Positions 7,319-16,281 of a stretch of DNA of 21,647 nucleotides are shown one piece after another. Numbering within the stretch: position 1 is the stretch's first letter; every line of letters starts with the position of its first letter. Under the pieces are notes generated by a model. That model was not told the origin of the DNA and made no database searches. It worked only from the letters and a program-made list of their open reading frames with translations. The translations under genes and the position numbers were made by a program. Where the stretch lies: assembly GCA_021890795.1 (NCBI GenBank), contig JAKKUO010000046.1, positions 1 to 21,647 on the forward strand. Reading direction: 5' to 3'. This DNA comes from Bacillota bacterium (GTDB taxonomy: Bacteria > Bacillota > Sulfobacillia > Symbiobacteriales > ZC4RG38).

Positions 7319-7951
7319 TTAGCCGCTGTGTCCGCCTGCAAACGGGTTGTACTCCTGTTCGTCGGCGACGGTGGTGGTCGGCCCGTGGCCGGGGTAGACC
7401 ACCGTCTCCCCGGGCAGGGAGAAGATCCGCTCCCGGATCGACCGGAGGAGGAGCGGCAAATTCCCCCCTGGTAGATCCGTTCGCCCGATGCTGCCGGCAA
7501 ACAGGGCGTCCCCGGAAAGCAGGTGTCCGGGAGTGTAGAAGGAGATGCTCCCCGGGGTGTGGCCGGGGGTGTGGAGCACCCTCAGCCGCAGCCGGCCCAC
7601 CGTCACCTCCTCGCCGTCCCTGACCAGCCGGTCGGGCTGGATGGGCGGCAGGGGGTCTCCCCAGAGGGCGGAGAGGTTGAGCTCCGGCTGCTGCAGGTAG
7701 GGCACCTCGTCGGGGTGGCAGAGGACGGGGGCACCGGCCCACTCCCGCACCCATTCCACCCCGGCGATGTGGTCCAGGTGGCCGTGGGTCAGGAGGATCC
7801 ACTCCACTTGCAGCCCTTCGGACCGGACCACCGACCGGATCCACGGATCCGGCTGGCCGGGGTCCACCACCGCCGCCCGACGGGTCTCTGGGCAGGCGAT
7901 GATGTAGCAGTTGGTCCCAAACTCCCCCAGGGCCCGGGACCAGAGGAGCAT
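7319..7951 (-). CDS. MBL-fold metallo-hydrolase (hydroxyacylglutathione-hydrolase-like).
   Basis: THGHLDH metal-binding motif, downstream HTPGHTPG and GD..F. 210 aa. A gene of this family commonly follows dtd in Clostridia-type synteny. Confidence 0.85.
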   Translation of the reverse strand: MLLWSRALGEFGTNCYIIACPETRRAAVVDPGQPDPWIRSVVRSEGLQVEWILLTHGHLDHIAGVEWVREWAGAPVLCHPDEVPYLQQPELNLSALWGDPLPPIQPDRLVRDGEEVTVGRLRLRVLHTPGHTPGSISFYTPGHLLSGDALFAGSIGRTDLPGGNLPLLLRSIRERIFSLPGETVVYPGHGPTTTVADEQEYNPFAGGHSG

Positions 7952-8013
7952 ACCATCACCTTCTAACTCATGGGATTACAAGAATTCTCGCCTCGGCGCG
8001 TCAGTTCCTGCTG

Positions 8014-8475
8014 TCATGGGGCCGCATCGCCCCGGCGGGGGCTTTCCACGAGGACGGTCACCGGGCCGTCGTTCACCAGCTCTACCTCCATGTGGGCCTG
8101 GAACCGGCCAGTGGCCACCGGCACCCCCAGGGACCGGAGTTCGGCGCAGAACCGCTCGTACAGGGGCTCGGCCACCTCCGGCCGAGCCGCCTGCTCAAAG
8201 CTCGGCCGGCGGCCCCGGCGGGTGTCGGCGTAGAGGGTGAACTGGCTGACCACCAGCGCTGCCCCGCCCACCTCCAGGAGGGAGCGGTTCATCTTGCCGG
8301 CCTCGTCCTCCCAGATCCGCAGGTGGGCGACCTTCTCTGCCAGGTACCGGGCATCCTCCGGGGTATCGTCCCGGGCCACCCCCAGGAGGACCACGTATCC
8401 CCGGCCGATCTCCCCGACCACCTCGCCGCCCACCGTCACCCGGCCCCGGGAAACCCGCTGCACCAGCGCCCGCAT
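8014..8475 (-). CDS. dtd: D-aminoacyl-tRNA deacylase.
   Basis: MRALVQRV... SQFTL and NDGPVT motifs. 153 aa. The start ATG overlaps the relA stop (TGATG). Confidence 0.9.
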   Translation of the reverse strand: MRALVQRVSRGRVTVGGEVVGEIGRGYVVLLGVARDDTPEDARYLAEKVAHLRIWEDEAGKMNRSLLEVGGAALVVSQFTLYADTRRGRRPSFEQAARPEVAEPLYERFCAELRSLGVPVATGRFQAHMEVELVNDGPVTVLVESPRRGDAAP

Positions 8476-10784
8476 CAGCCGCTGACACTCCTTCGGGCTC
8501 TGCTTTGCCTGACTACCCGCCGCACATCCAGCACGTCCGGGACCCGGCGGAGCTTCTGGAGGACGTACTGCAACTGGTTCAGGTCCCGGATCTCCAGCAC
8601 CATGTCGATGATCGCCGTGCCGTCCCGGTTGCCCCGGGAGAAGGAGTTGAGGACGTTGATCCGGCTGTCGGCGACGACGCCGGCCACGTCGGCCAGAAGG
8701 CCCGCCCGGTCCACCCCGACGATCTGGATCTCCACCGGGTGGGCGGCGCTGTACCCTTCCTCCCAGCTACACTCGATCAGCCGGTCCGACTCTTTGGCCA
8801 TGTGAGCCATATTGGGGCAGTCCAGCCGGTGGACAGCCACGCCCCGCCCCCGGGTGACATAGCCGATGATCGGGTCGCCGGGCACCGGGCTACAGCACCG
8901 GCTGAACCGGACCAGCACCCCGTCGACCCCCTTGACCCGGATCCCGCTGGAGACCCGCCGGTACCCTTCCCAGTCCTTCCGTTCGGTCACCACAGGAGTC
9001 CCTTGGGCCCCCGGGGTCCCGGTGGCCTCGCCGGCCTCGGCACGCTTGCGGGCCTGCTCCCGCTCGTAGAGGTCGTGGAGCCGGGCCGCCACCGAGGAGG
9101 CGGAGAGGGTGCCGATGCCGATGGCGACGTACAGCTCTTCCTCCGAGGCGAGGTTGTGCTTCCGGCAGATCTCTTCCAGCCACTCGGACCGGCAGAGCTG
9201 GTGCACCTCGTGGCCGAGCCGGCGGATCTCCCGCTCCAGGGCCTCCTTGCCCCGGGCCAGGTTCTCCTCCCGGCGCTCCTTCTTGAAGAACTGCCGGATC
9301 TTGTTCTTGGCGGTGGAGGTCTTGACGATCTTCAGCCAGTCCAGGCTGGGTCCCGGGCTGTTCTTAGAGGTAAGGATCTCTACGATGTCCCCGTTCTTCA
9401 GGGGCGAGTCCAGGGGGACGATCTTGCCGTTGACCTTGGCCCCGACGCACCGGTGGCCGATCTCCGTGTGGATGGAGTAGGCGAAGTCGATGGGGGTGGC
9501 CCCGGCGGGCAGGTCCACCACCCGTCCCTTGGGGGTGAAGACGAAGACCTGGTCCGCGAAGATGTCCACCTTGACGGCCTCGATGAAGTCCCGGGCCTCC
9601 CGCATCTCCTGGTGCCATTCCAGGAGGCTCCGGAGCCAGGAGAGCTTCTGGTCGAAGTCCTTGTCGGTCTTCCCTTCCTTGTACCGCCAGTGGGCCGCGA
9701 CGCCGTACTCCGCGGTTCGGTGCATCTCCCAGGTGCGGATCTGGATCTCGAAGGGCTCCCCGTGGGGCCCCACCACTGTAGTGTGCAGCGACTGGTAGAG
9801 GTTGGCCTTGGGGGTGGCGATATAGTCCTTGAAGCGGCCGGGAAGGGGCCGCCAGTAGGAGTGGATCACCCCCAGGGCGCCGTAGCAGTCCTTCACCTCG
9901 TCGACGATCACCCGGACGGCGATGAGGTCGTAGATCTCGGTGATATCCTTGCCCTGCTGGTACATCTTCCGGTAGATGCTGTACAGGTGCTTGGGCCGCC
10001 CGGAGATGTCGGCCTTGATCCCGACCTCTGCCAGCCGCTGGCCGATCTGCTCCATCAGCTCCCGGGTGATGCTCTCCCGCTCCGCCCGCTTCCGAGCCAC
10101 CAGCTGCGCGACGTGCCGGTACTTCTCCGGCTCGAGGTACCGGAAGGCCAGGTCCTCCAGCTCCCACTTGATGTCCGCCATCCCCAGCCGGTGGGCCAGG
10201 GGCGCGTAGATCTCCAGGGTCTCCTGGGCCTTGCGCCGCTGGGTCTCCGGCGGCCAGGCCCAGGCGGTCCGCATGTTGTGGAGCCGGTCCGCCAGTTTGA
10301 TCAGGATGACCCGGAGGTCCTTGGCCATGGCCAGGAACATCTTCCGGAGGTTCTCGGACTGGGCCTCTTCCTTCGAGGTGAAGTCCAGCTTCTCCAGTTT
10401 GGTGACCCCGTCTACCAGGGAGGCCACTTCCTTGCCGAACTTCTCCTCGATCTGCTGCAGGCTGACGCCGCAGTCCTCACAGACGTCGTGAAGCAGTGCG
10501 GCGGCGATGGTGGCCGGGTCCATCTGGAGCTTCGCCAGGATGCCGGCCACCTCCAGCGGGTGCTGGATGTACGCGTCCCCGGATTTTCGGAACTGACCCG
10601 CGTGGGCCTGGTCAGCCAGGGCAAAGGCCTCATCCACCAGGGTCAGATCCGCATCCGGCAGGTACCGCCGGATCAGTTGTTTCAATGTCTCCAGGTCCAC
10701 GGGCTCACCCCCTCTGCGGGGACGGTACGGCGACCCCGGCCCCTCCGAATTCCGGGAAAGGGCCGGGGCAGGGCCGGTGGCCAT
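8475..10784 (-). CDS. relA: Bifunctional (p)ppGpp synthetase/hydrolase RelA/SpoT (Rel).
   Basis: HD hydrolase domain ([10 protein letters not shown]...HD), synthetase domain ([12 protein letters not shown]...DLIAVRVIV), and TGS and ACT domains. The first 28 codons ([28 protein letters not shown]) are low complexity. GTG at 10700 (GGGGGTGA 4 nt upstream) matches the B. subtilis RelA N-terminus and is the likely real start. Confidence 0.9.
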   Translation of the reverse strand: MATGPAPALSRNSEGPGSPYRPRRGGEPVDLETLKQLIRRYLPDADLTLVDEAFALADQAHAGQFRKSGDAYIQHPLEVAGILAKLQMDPATIAAALLHDVCEDCGVSLQQIEEKFGKEVASLVDGVTKLEKLDFTSKEEAQSENLRKMFLAMAKDLRVILIKLADRLHNMRTAWAWPPETQRRKAQETLEIYAPLAHRLGMADIKWELEDLAFRYLEPEKYRHVAQLVARKRAERESITRELMEQIGQRLAEVGIKADISGRPKHLYSIYRKMYQQGKDITEIYDLIAVRVIVDEVKDCYGALGVIHSYWRPLPGRFKDYIATPKANLYQSLHTTVVGPHGEPFEIQIRTWEMHRTAEYGVAAHWRYKEGKTDKDFDQKLSWLRSLLEWHQEMREARDFIEAVKVDIFADQVFVFTPKGRVVDLPAGATPIDFAYSIHTEIGHRCVGAKVNGKIVPLDSPLKNGDIVEILTSKNSPGPSLDWLKIVKTSTAKNKIRQFFKKERREENLARGKEALEREIRRLGHEVHQLCRSEWLEEICRKHNLASEEELYVAIGIGTLSASSVAARLHDLYEREQARKRAEAGEATGTPGAQGTPVVTERKDWEGYRRVSSGIRVKGVDGVLVRFSRCCSPVPGDPIIGYVTRGRGVAVHRLDCPNMAHMAKESDRLIECSWEEGYSAAHPVEIQIVGVDRAGLLADVAGVVADSRINVLNSFSRGNRDGTAIIDMVLEIRDLNQLQYVLQKLRRVPDVLDVRRVVRQSRARRSVSG

Positions 10785-10805
10785 CTCTTCCCGAGTGTAC
10801 CTTCC

Positions 10806-11318
10806 CTAGTACTGGATCAGCGAGTGGACGTCATAGCCGGCCAGGCGCTGCCGGCCCCCCAGGTAGGTCAGCTCGATGAGGAAGCCCACGCCGACCACCT
10901 GGGCCCCCAGGGACTCCACCAGGTCGATGGTCGCCCGGATGGTGCCGCCGGTCGCCAGGAGATCGTCCACCACCAACACCTTCTGGCCAGGCCGGAACGC
11001 GTCCTCGTGTACCTCCAGCGCGTCCTCGCCGTACTCCAGGCTGTAGGTGATCCGGCGGGTCCGCCAGGGCAGCTTGCCGGGCTTGCGCACCGGCACCAGC
11101 CCGGCCCCCAGCCGGTAGGCCAGGGCAGAAGCGAAGATGAATCCCCGGGACTCCGGCCCGGTCACCAGCTCCACCCCGCGGTCCTCAAACCGGGCGGCCA
11201 GGGTGTCGATGGCCTCCCGGAAGGCCGCGGGCTCCTTGAGGAGTGTGGTGATGTCCTTGAAGCTGATGCCGGGCTTGGGAAAATCGTCGACCGTTCGGAT
11301 CAGGGACTTGAGATCCAT
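10806..11318 (-). CDS. apt: Adenine phosphoribosyltransferase.
   Basis: 170 aa. PRPP-binding motif [13 protein letters not shown]. Collinear with bacterial Apt. Conserved recJ-apt-relA order. Confidence 0.9.
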   Translation of the reverse strand: MDLKSLIRTVDDFPKPGISFKDITTLLKEPAAFREAIDTLAARFEDRGVELVTGPESRGFIFASALAYRLGAGLVPVRKPGKLPWRTRRITYSLEYGEDALEVHEDAFRPGQKVLVVDDLLATGGTIRATIDLVESLGAQVVGVGFLIELTYLGGRQRLAGYDVHSLIQY

Positions 11319-11342
11319 TGTAGCCTTGGTGCCTCCTTCACG

Positions 11343-14129
11343 TTACGCCGGGGCACGCGCCGCGGGCCAGGGCCCCGGCGCACCGCAAAGGGCGTCCCGG
11401 CAACGGCCAAGGAACATGCGCCCCACCGTGCCCCGCCGGTACCGGGGACTGTCGCTGAGATTCATTTTACCATGTATACCGCTCGCCGCGGGGGTAAGTG
11501 CGATCCGATCCGCATCCAGCCCCGCAGCCAGCCCCAGTTCCTCGAAGATCCGGACCGCGGCCCAGATCCGCAGCCGGTTCCAGGGCCCCAGGGGCTCCCG
11601 CCCCCGGGCGGCCCACAGATCCGCCCACTCCGCCAGGGACCGGGCCCCGCCGGCGGCGCGGAGGAGCCGGAAGACCTCCACCAGCTCCGGCCGGCCGGGG
11701 TAAGGCCAGGCCAGGGTCCGCTCCAGAAGCGCCCAGTGGTGGGGCTCCCAGGCCCGGCAGACGGGGCCGCCGGGCCGGACCGCCCGGGCCAGGGCCGCGG
11801 CCTGGGCCAGGTGGTAAGGCGGGTGCAGGGCCACCGCTGCGGCAAAGGCGGCCTCCGGCAGCGGCTGGCCCCAGGTGGTGACCACCACCCCGGGCTCCTC
11901 GGCCCCGCCCCCGGGACAGGACTCCCCGGGCCACCAGAGGCAGACCTGGCCCCCGGCCGGGGTGAGGAGCGGCCGGAGGGCCCCGGCCACCGGAAGCATC
12001 GCCCAGGGACTGGCCACCAGGACCAGCACCCGCCCCCCGGCCCCCAGCCGGGCGATGGCCTCAAAGAGGCCGTCCTCCGCCCCAGCCGCCCCGGGAGCCC
12101 CGGGGCCGGCCGCCGGGTCCGGTTCCCCCGCCGCCGGATCCGGAGCCGCCGCCTCCGGGTCCGGATCCGTCTCCGCCAGGCTCGGGTCCTGGGCCAGGGC
12201 GGGCCCGGGCTGGGCTGGCATGGATTCGCTCAGGCCGGGCTCGGTGCCCGCGGCGACCTCCCGGTCCGCCGCCCCCGCCGCCTGGGCCTCCGCCAGGGGC
12301 ACCCACCGGGGCAGGGGCCCCGGGTCCGCCGCCGCCTCCACCCCCGCCAGGGGGTCCCAGGCCAGGAGCCGGGGCAGGGTAAGGAGGGCGTACTCCTCCA
12401 GCCCCTCCGCCGGCCCGGGCACCTGGAGGTCGGTGACGTTCAGCTGCAGCCGCTCGGTGCCATTCCACCGGTTGATCTCCGGGGTGAAGGCCACCTGCAC
12501 CGGCACCGGCGCCGGCGGCAGGGCCGCCCCCGGGGCCCCGGGCGCGGCCAGGCCGAAGCCGATGCCGTCCAGCACCTGCCCGCCGGTCCGGAGCCGGAAC
12601 TTCAGGTGGGTGCCGTCGCCCACCGCCCGGCCCTCCAGCAGTTCCCCCCGGGTGACCAGCCGGGGACCGGGGTTACCCAGGCCGTAGGGCTCCAGCCGGG
12701 CCAGTTCCGCCACCAGTTCCGGCGTGATCTGGTCCCCGGGCACCAGGCCGTCCACCGGCAGCGCGGGCACCAGGTCCTCCTCCGAGAGCCACTCCCGGAC
12801 CAGCCGGTTGAGCCGCTCCCGGAGCGCCGGCACGTTCCGGGCTTTGAGGGTCATCCCCGCGGCCATGGCGTGGCCGCCGAACTTCTCCAGAAGGTCCCGG
12901 CACTCGCAGAGGGCCCGGTAGATGTGGAACCCCGGGATGCTCCGGGCGGACCCCCGGGCCTCGTCCCCCTCGATGGCCAGGAGCACCGCGGGCCGGTAGG
13001 TGGCCTCCACCACCCGGCTGGCGACAATGCCCACCACCCCGTGGTGCCAGCCCTCCCCGGCCAGCACCGCGGCGTAAGCCCGGTCTTCCGGCGGCTGGGC
13101 CGCGAGCTGCGCCATCGCCTCCTGGAGGATCCGCTGCTCCACCTGCTGCCGGGCCTGGTTCTCCCGGTCCAGGCGCCGGGCGATCTCCAGAGCCCGGTCC
13201 GGGTCCTCGGTGAGGAAGAGCTCCACCCCGACCCGGGCATCCCCCATCCGGCCGAGGGCATTGACCCGGGGGCCCAGGGCAAAGGCCAGGTGCCAGGCGG
13301 TGACCGGCCGGTCCTCCCCCAGGCCGGCGACCCGCTTCAGGGCCGCCAGCCCCGGCCGGGGGGCTGCCTCCAGCCGGGCCAGCCCTTCCCGGACCAGGAT
13401 CCGGTTCTCCCCCACCAGGGGCACCAGGTCCGCCACCGTGGCCAGGGCCACCATGTCCAGGAGTTCGTCCAGCAGCGGGTCCCCGGGCCCCAGGAGGGCC
13501 TGGGCGAGCTTGAAGGCCACCCCCGCCCCGCTCAGCCCCTTGAAGGGGTAGGGGCAGTCAGGCCGTTTGGGGTTCACCACCGCGGCCGCGGCCGGGAGCA
13601 TCGGCCCCGGCTCGTGGTGGTCGGTGATCACCAGGGTGATGCCCAGTTCCCGGGCCGCCGCGGCCTCGGCCACGGCGGAGATGCCGGTATCCACGGTCAG
13701 GATGAAGTCGAACCCGGCCGCCCGGGCCCGGTCCAGGGCCGACCGGTTCAGCCCGTACCCCTCGGTGAACCGGTTGGGGATGTAGTACTCCACCGGTACC
13801 CCCAGGCGGCGGAGCACCGTGACCAGGACCGCGGTGCCCACCAGCCCGTCCACATCGTAGTCACCGTACACCAAAACAGGCTGCCGGGCTGCGACCCGCT
13901 CGCGGATCAGCCCGACGGCCCGATCCATGTCCTTCATCTGCAAGGGATCCAGGAGCCGGTCCCGGCGCGGGTCCAGGAACTCCCGGGCCGCTTCCGGGTC
14001 GGCGTACCCCCGGGCCACCAGCACCTGGGCCAGCACCGGGGAGATGCCCAGGGACTCCGCGAGGCCCAGGGCCAGGGCCGGGTCCGCGCCAGCCCAACGC
14101 CAGCGCCGGGCCCTGTAGGGTCGTGCCAC
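11343..14129 (-). CDS. recJ: Single-stranded-DNA-specific exonuclease RecJ, with a long C-terminal extension.
   Basis: DHH motifs (VYGDYDVDG, ITDHHEP), DHHA1, OB-fold. The N-terminus aligns with B. subtilis RecJ. 928 aa, with a Pro/Ala/Asp-rich linker and a ~250-aa C-terminal domain as in Firmicutes RecJ. GTG start at 14129. Confidence 0.85.
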   Translation of the reverse strand: MARPYRARRWRWAGADPALALGLAESLGISPVLAQVLVARGYADPEAAREFLDPRRDRLLDPLQMKDMDRAVGLIRERVAARQPVLVYGDYDVDGLVGTAVLVTVLRRLGVPVEYYIPNRFTEGYGLNRSALDRARAAGFDFILTVDTGISAVAEAAAARELGITLVITDHHEPGPMLPAAAAVVNPKRPDCPYPFKGLSGAGVAFKLAQALLGPGDPLLDELLDMVALATVADLVPLVGENRILVREGLARLEAAPRPGLAALKRVAGLGEDRPVTAWHLAFALGPRVNALGRMGDARVGVELFLTEDPDRALEIARRLDRENQARQQVEQRILQEAMAQLAAQPPEDRAYAAVLAGEGWHHGVVGIVASRVVEATYRPAVLLAIEGDEARGSARSIPGFHIYRALCECRDLLEKFGGHAMAAGMTLKARNVPALRERLNRLVREWLSEEDLVPALPVDGLVPGDQITPELVAELARLEPYGLGNPGPRLVTRGELLEGRAVGDGTHLKFRLRTGGQVLDGIGFGLAAPGAPGAALPPAPVPVQVAFTPEINRWNGTERLQLNVTDLQVPGPAEGLEEYALLTLPRLLAWDPLAGVEAAADPGPLPRWVPLAEAQAAGAADREVAAGTEPGLSESMPAQPGPALAQDPSLAETDPDPEAAAPDPAAGEPDPAAGPGAPGAAGAEDGLFEAIARLGAGGRVLVLVASPWAMLPVAGALRPLLTPAGGQVCLWWPGESCPGGGAEEPGVVVTTWGQPLPEAAFAAAVALHPPYHLAQAAALARAVRPGGPVCRAWEPHHWALLERTLAWPYPGRPELVEVFRLLRAAGGARSLAEWADLWAARGREPLGPWNRLRIWAAVRIFEELGLAAGLDADRIALTPAASGIHGKMNLSDSPRYRRGTVGRMFLGRCRDALCGAPGPWPAARAPA

Positions 14130-14262
14130 CGCTTGTCCGTCCCCCCTGTGGATCTCCGGCCCTTCGGGGCCGGCGTTCCGCTAAGGGGTTCGCCGTCCCG
14201 GGGGCAGTCCCCTGCCGCGCCGGGGCCCCGGCGCCTCCGGCTCTCCCCTGCCGCCCCCCGGG

Positions 14263-16281
14263 TCACCGGCGGCTCCGGCACCGGAGCCGCTCCCGGTGGG
14301 CGATACGAACCAGCGCCTCCTCGTCCAGCTCCTCCACCACGTGGAGGGTTCCCCCCGCGGCCCGGGCCAGGTCCTCCAGGTACCGCCGGGAGGGCATCAG
14401 GCCGATGCACCCGAAAGGCACCCGGCTCCGGGCCACCTGGCGGGCGGCCTCCAGGGCGTCGGCCAGGGGGTCCAGGCCCCACTTGGGCACCGTGGGGATG
14501 CCGTCGGTAATGAGGAGCACCAGGGGCCGGCGCACCCGGCTGTCCCGGATCAGCTCCAGGGCCCCGGTGAGGCCATGGGCCATGGGGGTGAGGCCCATGG
14601 GCTGGATCCGGGCGAGCCCTTCCTCCACCCGGCCCCAGTCCCGGGTGAAGGGGACGTGGACCCGGACGTCCCGCTCCTGGAAGGCCACCACCGCGATCCG
14701 GTCCCGGGTGCTGGTCAGAAGATGCCGGACCAGGTGCTTGGCCGCCAGGATCCGCCGGCCGGCCATGGAGGCGCTGGCATCGATGAGGAGGCAGAGGTAC
14801 AGGGGCTGGTCCCCCGCCCGGGTGTAGACGTGGAGATCCCGCCGCTCCAGGGTGAGCCGGCCGGGGCGGGCGTTCCGGGTCCGGGGCTCCGGGGGCTGCG
14901 GCCTCGGGTCCTGCTGCGCCCGGGCGGGGGGCTCCGGGGGCCGCGACCCCGGGCCCTGCTGCGCCTGGGCCCGCTCCAGGTACGTGCGGCGGATCCCCGC
15001 TACCACCGTCTCCGGCACCGCCAGGTGGGCGATGGGCTGCCCTGGCGCCACCGGGACCACTCCCCGGACCGGCCCGTACCGCACCGCGGGCGAGGGCCGG
15101 TCCCCCAGCCGGGCCGCGGTGGGCAGGGGGCCCCGGGGGACCCGGCGGATGCGCTTGCGGAACCGGAGCTTCACCTCCCGGAGGTGCCGGTCGAAGTACT
15201 CCGCCAGGGCAAGCCCCGCCGGGGTGAGCCGCACCGCCCGGCCCTCCCGGTAGATGAGCCCCTGGGCCTCCAGCTCCCGGAGGAGGTACGGGGCGTGCAC
15301 ACCGGTGGACAGGCCGCCGGAACTGGGGCGCCCCGCCCGGAGCAGGTCCAGGGTCCGCTTCAGCTCGTCGGGGCTGCCGATCCGCCGGGAGAGGGCGAGG
15401 ACCGCCTGGAGCCGCTCCTCGGCCGCTGCCACCGGCACCGGCCACGGAACCCCGGCGGGCTCCGGACCGGCCCCGGGCTCCAGGGCATCCTCCGGAACGG
15501 TTCCCCGGGGGCCCACCCGGCCCCCCCGGGCACCGGGGTCGCCCCCCGGGGCACCCCCGCCCCCGGGCCCAGGGGCCCCGGGTTCCCCGGCCGCGGGGGA
15601 GGTGCCGGGCTCCCGGAGGAGGGAGTCGGAGACATCGGTGTAGTCGCTCATGTCCAGGGGGACGGCCCCTCTGCCTGCGGGAGCCCCCCGGAGCCGGTCG
15701 ACCCTCCGGATCTCCAGCCCCTGGGCCAGCACCTCCTCTTCCAGGGCGAGGATGAGGGGGTAGAGGAGCGGCAGCCCTCCGTCGCCGATCTCGGCGGCCA
15801 GGTGGATGTGGTTCCGGTGGGCGGCCCGGAGGCTGGGCCGGGTGCCGTAGGTCAGGTCCCCGGTGACCCGGCCGCCCCCGGTGCTGGTCTGGACGTCCAC
15901 GTAGTGGGCCAGGTCCGGCTGACCGCACTGGCTGAGGACCCGCCGGACCGCCGCGGCCACCCGCCGGTGGTCCACCGGCCCCACCTGGTGGAAGAGGTCG
16001 ATGTGCAGCACCCGGTCCCGGTCCCGGCGGCCGTAGAAGACCTGGCCGGCGTCCGCGTGGCCCAGGACCACCACCTCTTCGGGAACGGCGGGATCCATCA
16101 GGTGGACCCGGCGGCTGACCACCGCCGCCTCCCCGAACCGCACCCCCTCGCCCCGGTGAAGGTGGGCGGCCACCTTCTCCACCCAGTCCATGCCGGCCGC
16201 GGCCCCGGTCCCCCTGCCCATGCCCCCGTCCAGGCCGGTGATGCCCTGGGTGCTGCTCAGGCCCCCGTCCCGGACGGTCAT
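14263..16281 (-). CDS. VWA (MIDAS) domain protein, ChlD/BchD-like at the C-terminus. It has an uncharacterised N-terminal ~200-aa domain, Gly/Pro linkers and a possible winged-helix region.
   Basis: The C-terminal LYLCLLIDASASMAG...RIAVVAFQERDVRV...LTPMAHGL...LVLLITDGIPT matches the D-x-S-x-S...T...D MIDAS pattern. It is collinear with the Mg-chelatase D-subunit VWA. The middle YLLRELEAQGLIYREGRAVRLTPAGLALAEYF looks like a wHTH. I do not recognise the N-terminal domain (HRNHIHLA, TGGGRVTGDL). The ATG overlaps the upstream gene's stop (ATGA). Confidence 0.7.
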   Translation of the reverse strand: MTVRDGGLSSTQGITGLDGGMGRGTGAAAGMDWVEKVAAHLHRGEGVRFGEAAVVSRRVHLMDPAVPEEVVVLGHADAGQVFYGRRDRDRVLHIDLFHQVGPVDHRRVAAAVRRVLSQCGQPDLAHYVDVQTSTGGGRVTGDLTYGTRPSLRAAHRNHIHLAAEIGDGGLPLLYPLILALEEEVLAQGLEIRRVDRLRGAPAGRGAVPLDMSDYTDVSDSLLREPGTSPAAGEPGAPGPGGGGAPGGDPGARGGRVGPRGTVPEDALEPGAGPEPAGVPWPVPVAAAEERLQAVLALSRRIGSPDELKRTLDLLRAGRPSSGGLSTGVHAPYLLRELEAQGLIYREGRAVRLTPAGLALAEYFDRHLREVKLRFRKRIRRVPRGPLPTAARLGDRPSPAVRYGPVRGVVPVAPGQPIAHLAVPETVVAGIRRTYLERAQAQQGPGSRPPEPPARAQQDPRPQPPEPRTRNARPGRLTLERRDLHVYTRAGDQPLYLCLLIDASASMAGRRILAAKHLVRHLLTSTRDRIAVVAFQERDVRVHVPFTRDWGRVEEGLARIQPMGLTPMAHGLTGALELIRDSRVRRPLVLLITDGIPTVPKWGLDPLADALEAARQVARSRVPFGCIGLMPSRRYLEDLARAAGGTLHVVEELDEEALVRIAHRERLRCRSRR

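Noticed and set aside
7952-8013. AT-rich dtd-MBL intergenic region (ttctaactcatgggattacaagaattctcg) as an internal promoter.
   Set aside because: Only poor -35/-10 matches (TTGTAA / TAGAAG). It is plausibly just the RBS region for the MBL gene, so there is not enough support to call a promoter.
8014-8041. Apparent one-base discrepancy in the G-run near the dtd stop when I hand-translated the region (SPPPG... instead of SPRRGDAAP*).
   Set aside because: It is most likely my own counting error in a G homopolymer. The supplied ORF track gives a clean 153-aa Dtd ending at 8014, so I used the track coordinates.
14269-14290. Perfect 10-bp inverted repeat gcggctccgg ca ccggagccgc, and the UUCG-loop hairpin at 14156-14173, between the VWA gene and recJ.
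   Set aside because: The first lies inside the last codons of the VWA CDS. Neither has a U-tract. Such GC palindromes are expected by chance at this GC content. They are at most weak structural elements.
8505-14510. A 2001-aa open reading frame on the plus strand, antisense to relA, apt and recJ. Other long antisense ORFs include 1276..3147(-), 1308..3083(+), 4979..6751(+), 4992..6317(-), 14296..16290(+), 16387..17802(-) and 18242..19513(-).
   Set aside because: Their translations are Gly/Pro/Arg/Asp/His-rich low complexity, typical of out-of-frame or antisense reading of high-GC3 genes. The opposite strand in each case encodes clearly recognisable conserved proteins. They reflect stop-codon depletion, not genes.
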